The notes beneath the pieces are model-generated. The model did no database searches and had not been told where the DNA came from. It was given only the letters and a program-made list of their open reading frames with translations. A DNA stretch of 64,000 bases from Vairimorpha necatrix. Lineage: Eukaryota. This document shows positions 58,380-64,000 of the stretch, in pieces. The position numbers and the translations under genes are program-made. The stretch is taken from the NCBI GenBank assembly GCA_036630325.1, contig CP142731.1:992001-1056000 (forward strand), written 5' to 3'. The stretch's first letter is position 1. Each line of letters begins with the position of its first letter.

Positions 58380-58640
58380 TGGGGCACAAGAAAAAAGAAG
58401 ATCTTATTGAAAAGAAAGAATAATTAAATGGTAAATTAAAGAGAAAGATCTTTTAAAATGGTACATTGAAAAAGAAAACACAATTCGATTTTAAATTGAA
58501 AGATTAATTGAATGGTAAATTATAAATATTTTTTAAATGGTAAATTGAAAGATCTTTTTTAAATGGTAAATAAATTGTAAAATGAATTTTATAATTTTTT
58601 GCTGGTTTATTTTTATCCTCTTTTTTTACCCCCAATTTTG

Positions 58641-59081
58641 ATGTTATTCTTGGCAATTTTTTATTTGATAAACTGTACTGATCTTCCTGTTCCTGCTCCA
58701 GAGACGCAATTACAGAAATTTACTAATATCGCTAAAAATGCCTACGAAGATGCTCTCAGTCGTGGTAAAATTTATTTAGAAATATTACAAGATAAATGTA
58801 AACAAGCTAAAGATTTCATATTTGAAAAAGTGAAAAATATTAGCAAGAGAGGAGAACCAGTCTTTGTAACAGAAGATGAGAATCAAGAACTGGAAGAAAA
58901 AGATGAAAAAGACCCTCTACAAGATTTATCAGAAGATAAATTAAAAGAATTAATTGATAATCTTTTTAAAGACTTTAAATTTGACCCAGCTGACTTTAAG
59001 GACAAGAAAGAAGAGGAATTACAAGTAAAAGACGAAGAAGAAGAACTTGAAGAGGAAGAAAAGGAAGAGAAAGCTTTATAA
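58641..59081 (+). CDS. Secreted or ER-lumen acidic hypothetical protein
   Basis: ATG 58641 after CCCCC; signal MLFLAIFYLINC; E-rich tail ending EKAL. Confidence 0.7.
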   Translation: MLFLAIFYLINCTDLPVPAPETQLQKFTNIAKNAYEDALSRGKIYLEILQDKCKQAKDFIFEKVKNISKRGEPVFVTEDENQELEEKDEKDPLQDLSEDKLKELIDNLFKDFKFDPADFKDKKEEELQVKDEEEELEEEEKEEKAL

Positions 59082-61858
59082 ATAAACTTTTATTTGTTTA
59101 ATACGACAATAATATTGTAAATATAGAAAAATATAAGACAAGAAAAAGGCCTCTAAGTTTTATAGAGCATTTTTAATTATTAGACTTCAAAGAAAAAGAT
59201 TATGAGAATCTCTTTCTTAAAAATTACATTACAATATTTATATAAAATCTAGTTTATTTCAGAATATTTTTAACAACAAAATAATATCAAATTTAGACTG
59301 CATGCTACAATTTAATATTTATAAAGAGACATCCTCATGTTCTAAATTCAATTACTGTTTTATGTAAACCTGGTTCTAAATTTCGTCAGAATTGGTTTTT
59401 GGAATTAATTTAACCTTTTTCAAAAAAATTGCAAAGACATTCGAGCCAAAAACTGCGTATAATAAATTATAAAAATAATTTTCAAACAACTGGAAGTTAC
59501 CAAATTAAAAAACAATGACTTGATACAATTCTATTTTCGAGTTTTGCTAAGGAAATTTTAACCATAGTTATTAAGAATAATAAATCCTTCATAGTAAATT
59601 CTTTACAAAACGTAATCTAAATTTAAATAATAACAAATCTTGTTAACTCATTTTTAAATGTGAAAGCTATACCTAGTTTTGTATAAAAATCAAGATGCAT
59701 ATAAAATAATAATTAAATATTAAAGCTCATCTCATCAATGTCTTATAAACATTTTAATTTATAGTATTTTTTACATCGAAATTAATATTTGTCATTATAG
59801 TGTCAGCAATTCGATAAGGGGCTTGTTAAGTTCCTATAATAATATCACTATCTACATTAAATGCAATGTTCAACATTAAACAATGTTTTAAAAGTTTGTG
59901 TTCTTTTTTATTAAATTAATTAGTTAAATGATAGAACATTTAAAATATCGTACGACGTTTGTGAATATGTTTCTTACATATGCTTTCTATGTTAAAATAT
60001 TTAGAAGCCAAAAAACTCGCGTCAATTATCTTACAATGTACAGATTAATAATTACTTGTCACTCTTAGTAGATATAATAGACTAACCTACTACTTAATCC
60101 ACAAAGATGCAATAAACTTGTAAAAACAATTTTAAAGACTAAAACTTCTAGGAATCATACTTGTGCTTTGAGAACAATAACGATGATAATATTGTATTAA
60201 CAATATTTTTGAATTAATTGTTTCTGTTCATTAGGTTAGTTGAAGTTATTTTTGTAAGGTACAATCATAAAAGAAAACTTTTTTCGTAAAAAAGTTTTAA
60301 ACCTTGCTATTTTTGATTTCTGAACTGTATTAAACATGTCTTCGATGTAAGTTATAGTTCCGCAATTTATTAAATTTATAATTTCATATCAATTTACATG
60401 TAGATAGAAAACCCTATACCTTCTAGATCCAAATGATGACTTTTACTGTAAAGAATGAGGTTTAACATAAGGATATCGTCGAGACTTGTTCCATACTACT
60501 TTAAACCTTTTGTTTTTATGTATAAATTAAAATTCAAATCAAGCGCAATAATAATTTTATTTTATATTTATTCATAAAGATACTAGCAAAAGATTATAAA
60601 ACAAACAAAAACATTAGATGCTTGTTGATATATAATATTGAAAAAAATAAAATTTACAATATAATATTAGATGGGATATAATAAAACCTAAAAATACTAT
60701 CAATATACGTTCTCGGAATTTATAATTTTTTATAGAAAAAATTTGTTCAATAAATTGGTTGAGCAAACAATAATTTAACCCTTTTTGCATATTAAAAATA
60801 GATATACGTGTATTTATTTAAAAATTAATATAATGACAACTTACGCTGTATCGAGATCTTATGTGTAAGTATACACAAGACAAATTATTTTGTCTATTTT
60901 TTGATGTGTTTTGCTTGTTTTCTAAAAATATTTATCGACAATCCTAGAAAAAAGCAAAACATATAAATAATAAAGTGAAGCAGAGTTGTTATTGATATTT
61001 TTTTGCAAAGAAATTGATATAGATTTTTAAAAAATGCCTCGTAAAAGTAAAAAAAGAATCACATTCGTATAAACACAATAAACAGACATCTACATTGTAA
61101 AATTATTCATAGGTCAAAAAAATATTGAATGCCGATCTAATAATATGCAAGATAAGTTTTAACAATTTGAACATAAGATAATATTCAAAACTAAAGTCTC
61201 GGCATGTATTGTTTGTATTTTTAACTTAAAAGATAAGAATGTTTGTCCTCTTCTTGCGCTTTTTTTCAGGTTTAAAAATAAACATTACCAAACACGTGAT
61301 ATTGTAAATGATATAAATAATAGTACTTTCTTTGTTTCTTCTACCAAAATGAACCCATTTTTGAATAATATTTATTTTTAAACGGCTCAAAATAACAATA
61401 TGACTTTTCCTTGTTTGGAAAAAGTTATATTGTTATTAAAAAGTTTACAAAATAGTGCTCCGAATTATTACTAACATACATCAGAACTTTCTCGCTTTTT
61501 CTGGTTGCCTGATAATTATAATATTGGTCAATGCGATGGATAACTTGAACAGCAAATTACGATATTCTAATCAGCTTATATTATGCATTTGTGTATCTTA
61601 CAATTATAAACAGTAACTCATTTAGTCTATATAATTTAAAAAGCATTTTCACAGCCGCTACAAATTATTATACTCTTATTGTTATTGTACCTCTAAACAC
61701 TGAGACATTTAAAACATAGTCGACGCACAATAAAAGTTAAAACATGCGATAAAATAAAATTTTTTATACCGTATAAGTCAAAATAAATATTTCTAAAAAA
61801 TTATGTCGCATCAAAAACAGATAATAAATCGCAACAATTTCTTATTTTCAATATAAAA

Positions 61859-64000
61859 TGTTATATATTTTGATAATTTTTACCCCCATTATGATAAATA
61901 AATACATGGGGGCGATACCAAATCGAGAGTCAACAAGTGATGGCTGTGGTCAAGAGGCCAGAATAATGTTACAAGAAATTAAAAGAATAGTTTATAAGCT
62001 AGAGTTGGATGGAGTAGATGAGTCTCTATGGAAGGCAAGAATTTATGAAATGGGTTCGGAAGAAGTAAAGAACTTTATGGTAGAAAGAATTAAAAAAGAA
62101 GATAGTTGGTCCTTAATTATTGAAGAAATGGAAAAGGAGGTTAGAAAAGACGAATTAAAAAAGAAGGAAGAAGAAGACAAAAGTAAGATGATGGAAATAA
62201 TTGCAGAGTCGGTTAGAGGAACAGTTCGAGAGGAGCTGGCAAATAGAGGAGCATTAGGAAAAATAAGGGAAGAAACTTCGGGAGTAAGAAGTAGAGATTG
62301 TTTTTACTGTGGTAGATTTAGGCACATGGCAAGAGATTGCTTCGTAAGGAAGAGGAAAGAAGAAGATAATAAAAATAAACATTTTAACAAGTATTTAATT
62401 GTTCATGAAGAGAGTGGATCTACAAGCACAGAACTTAGCGCACAAGAATATAGGAAATGCGGAGAAGCAAAACGTAAACAAAATTCAAAAAGGAGAGGAA
62501 TGAGAGAGGATAGAATAGAAGAGGGCCTTGTCATTGAAGATATAAAAGCGAAGTTTAGAGAAATTTTTGACTTGCAGCAGGAAGAGATCGTACACTGTAA
62601 GATAGAGAAATGTAAAATTGAGACGCCACCAGGGAAAAAAGTAGTTAAAAGAGGACAAACTATCCCACAGGCGTTGATGGAAAAAACTGAAAAATATATA
62701 AAAAGTTTGGAAGAAAGAAAGATTATAAGAAGATCAACATCCGAGTGGAGGAACCCAATTAGAGCTATAGTAAAACCTAACGGAGGAGTAAGGCTTGTAA
62801 GTAATCTAATGAGTTTAAATGACTTAGTTGAAAAAGATCCGTATGAGTTGTCAAATATTAGGGACATCGTTAGAGCCACACAGGGGTCTAAATGGTTTAC
62901 CGTTATAGATCTGAAGGAAGGCTTTTACCACGTAGAGATTGAAGAAGAGGATAAGCACAAAACGGCCTTTGAATTTAACAGAAAGGTATATGAATGGAAC
63001 AGTATGGTAATGGGATATAAAAATTCCCCGCAGATTTTACAACGAATAATGAACCAAATATTTGAAGATTTACAAGGAGAAGGAGTGGAGGTATATATGG
63101 ACGACATCGTTATACACGCTAGAACTAAAAGAAGGCATGACAAGCTAGTTATAGAAGCATTGGAAAGATTAAAAAGACATAAAATGAGATTGAATATTGA
63201 GAAGATACAGTTTAGCCAACAGTTAGTTAAGCTCTTAGGAGTCACATTGAATGGTACAGATATTGAAGCGAATGAAATAAAGAAGAACGAGGCGTTGGAA
63301 TTCCCGCAGCCGACAAGTGTAAGTGAAACACGAAGATTCCTAGGAATGACAGGATGGTTTAGGAACTTTATAAAGAATTACGCGGGATTAACTATTCATC
63401 TGACAGATAGCTTGAGAGGTAAAGATAAGAAGTGGGAATGGACGGTTGAAATGAATAGAGAGTTTTTAGAGCTGAAAGAAGTTTTGAGAGCGATGGGGAA
63501 ACTTAGATTGCCTGATTATAGGAAGGAATTTATATTGAGAACGGACGCGAGCAATGTAGGGATAGGAGCCGTGTTACTTCAGAAGAACGATAAAGATGAA
63601 TGGGTAGCAATCCAATGGAGTTCAAAAAAGTTAACACCTACAGAGACCAGATATACTATATCGGAGAAAGAAATGTACGCGGTATTTTGGGGGATAAAAA
63701 GATTTGAATACGAGTTGCGCGGTAGGAAGTTTAAAATCGAGACGGACCATAAAGCCTTGGTTGAGATTAGAAATAAACCGTGTTTTAATAACAATAGAAT
63801 AAATAGATGGATTGAAAAGATCCAGGAATTTGACTTCACCATAGAATATAAGAAACCAGAAGAAATGGTGGTGGCTGACGCGTTAAGCAGGATACATATG
63901 GAAGACGATGAAAAGAAAAAGAAAATCAGAGAAAGGACCGCCAAGCAGATAGAGGGTAAATGGAAAGCGCACGTCGATGACGCAGAAGGAAAAAAATATT
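61859..64000 (+). mobile_element. Second mini-LTR Ty3/Gypsy element (runs off the window end)
   Basis: 48-bp LTR-like segment 61859-61906 homologous to the 49-bp LTR; same PBS TGGGGGCGATACC; 3' LTR is outside the window. Confidence 0.9.
61891..64000 (+). CDS. Polyprotein (partial): mini-Gag, CCHC, RT, RNase H; not in the ORF track because it has no stop inside the window
   Basis: MINKYMGAIPNRES..., CFYCGRFRHMARDC, IDLKEGF, YMDD, RTDAS, ETDH, ADALS in one frame. Confidence 0.9.
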   Translation, partial: MINKYMGAIPNRESTSDGCGQEARIMLQEIKRIVYKLELDGVDESLWKARIYEMGSEEVKNFMVERIKKEDSWSLIIEEMEKEVRKDELKKKEEEDKSKMMEIIAESVRGTVREELANRGALGKIREETSGVRSRDCFYCGRFRHMARDCFVRKRKEEDNKNKHFNKYLIVHEESGSTSTELSAQEYRKCGEAKRKQNSKRRGMREDRIEEGLVIEDIKAKFREIFDLQQEEIVHCKIEKCKIETPPGKKVVKRGQTIPQALMEKTEKYIKSLEERKIIRRSTSEWRNPIRAIVKPNGGVRLVSNLMSLNDLVEKDPYELSNIRDIVRATQGSKWFTVIDLKEGFYHVEIEEEDKHKTAFEFNRKVYEWNSMVMGYKNSPQILQRIMNQIFEDLQGEGVEVYMDDIVIHARTKRRHDKLVIEALERLKRHKMRLNIEKIQFSQQLVKLLGVTLNGTDIEANEIKKNEALEFPQPTSVSETRRFLGMTGWFRNFIKNYAGLTIHLTDSLRGKDKKWEWTVEMNREFLELKEVLRAMGKLRLPDYRKEFILRTDASNVGIGAVLLQKNDKDEWVAIQWSSKKLTPTETRYTISEKEMYAVFWGIKRFEYELRGRKFKIETDHKALVEIRNKPCFNNNRINRWIEKIQEFDFTIEYKKPEEMVVADALSRIHMEDDEKKKKIRERTAKQIEGKWKAHVDDAEGKKY

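Overview
Very AT-rich, intron-poor eukaryotic DNA, most likely from a microsporidian (Nosema/Vairimorpha-like). The call rests on short CCC/GGG motifs just before most start codons, AATAAA-like signals right after stop codons, and compact, divergent housekeeping genes. Recognisable genes are a GRASP55/65 (Grh1) homologue with a very long E/K/S-rich tail, a forkhead transcription factor, actin, Rcd1/CAF40, zuotin and YTH1/CPSF30, plus several lineage-specific secreted or membrane protein families. Mobile elements are dense. The most striking are two related Ty3/Gypsy elements with only 48-49 bp LTRs, a single ORF that starts inside the LTR, a very short Gag and no aspartic protease. Also present are a Gag(+protease-like)-only LTR element with identical 202-bp LTRs, two ~0.8-kb tRNA-headed poly(A) SINE-like elements whose target-site duplications share an ATTTGCT core, and a decayed RLE-type LINE. 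A TIR element splits a reconstructable 2019-aa GRASP ORF, and there are Merlin and Tc1 relics. All calls were made by eye from motifs; no database searches were run.
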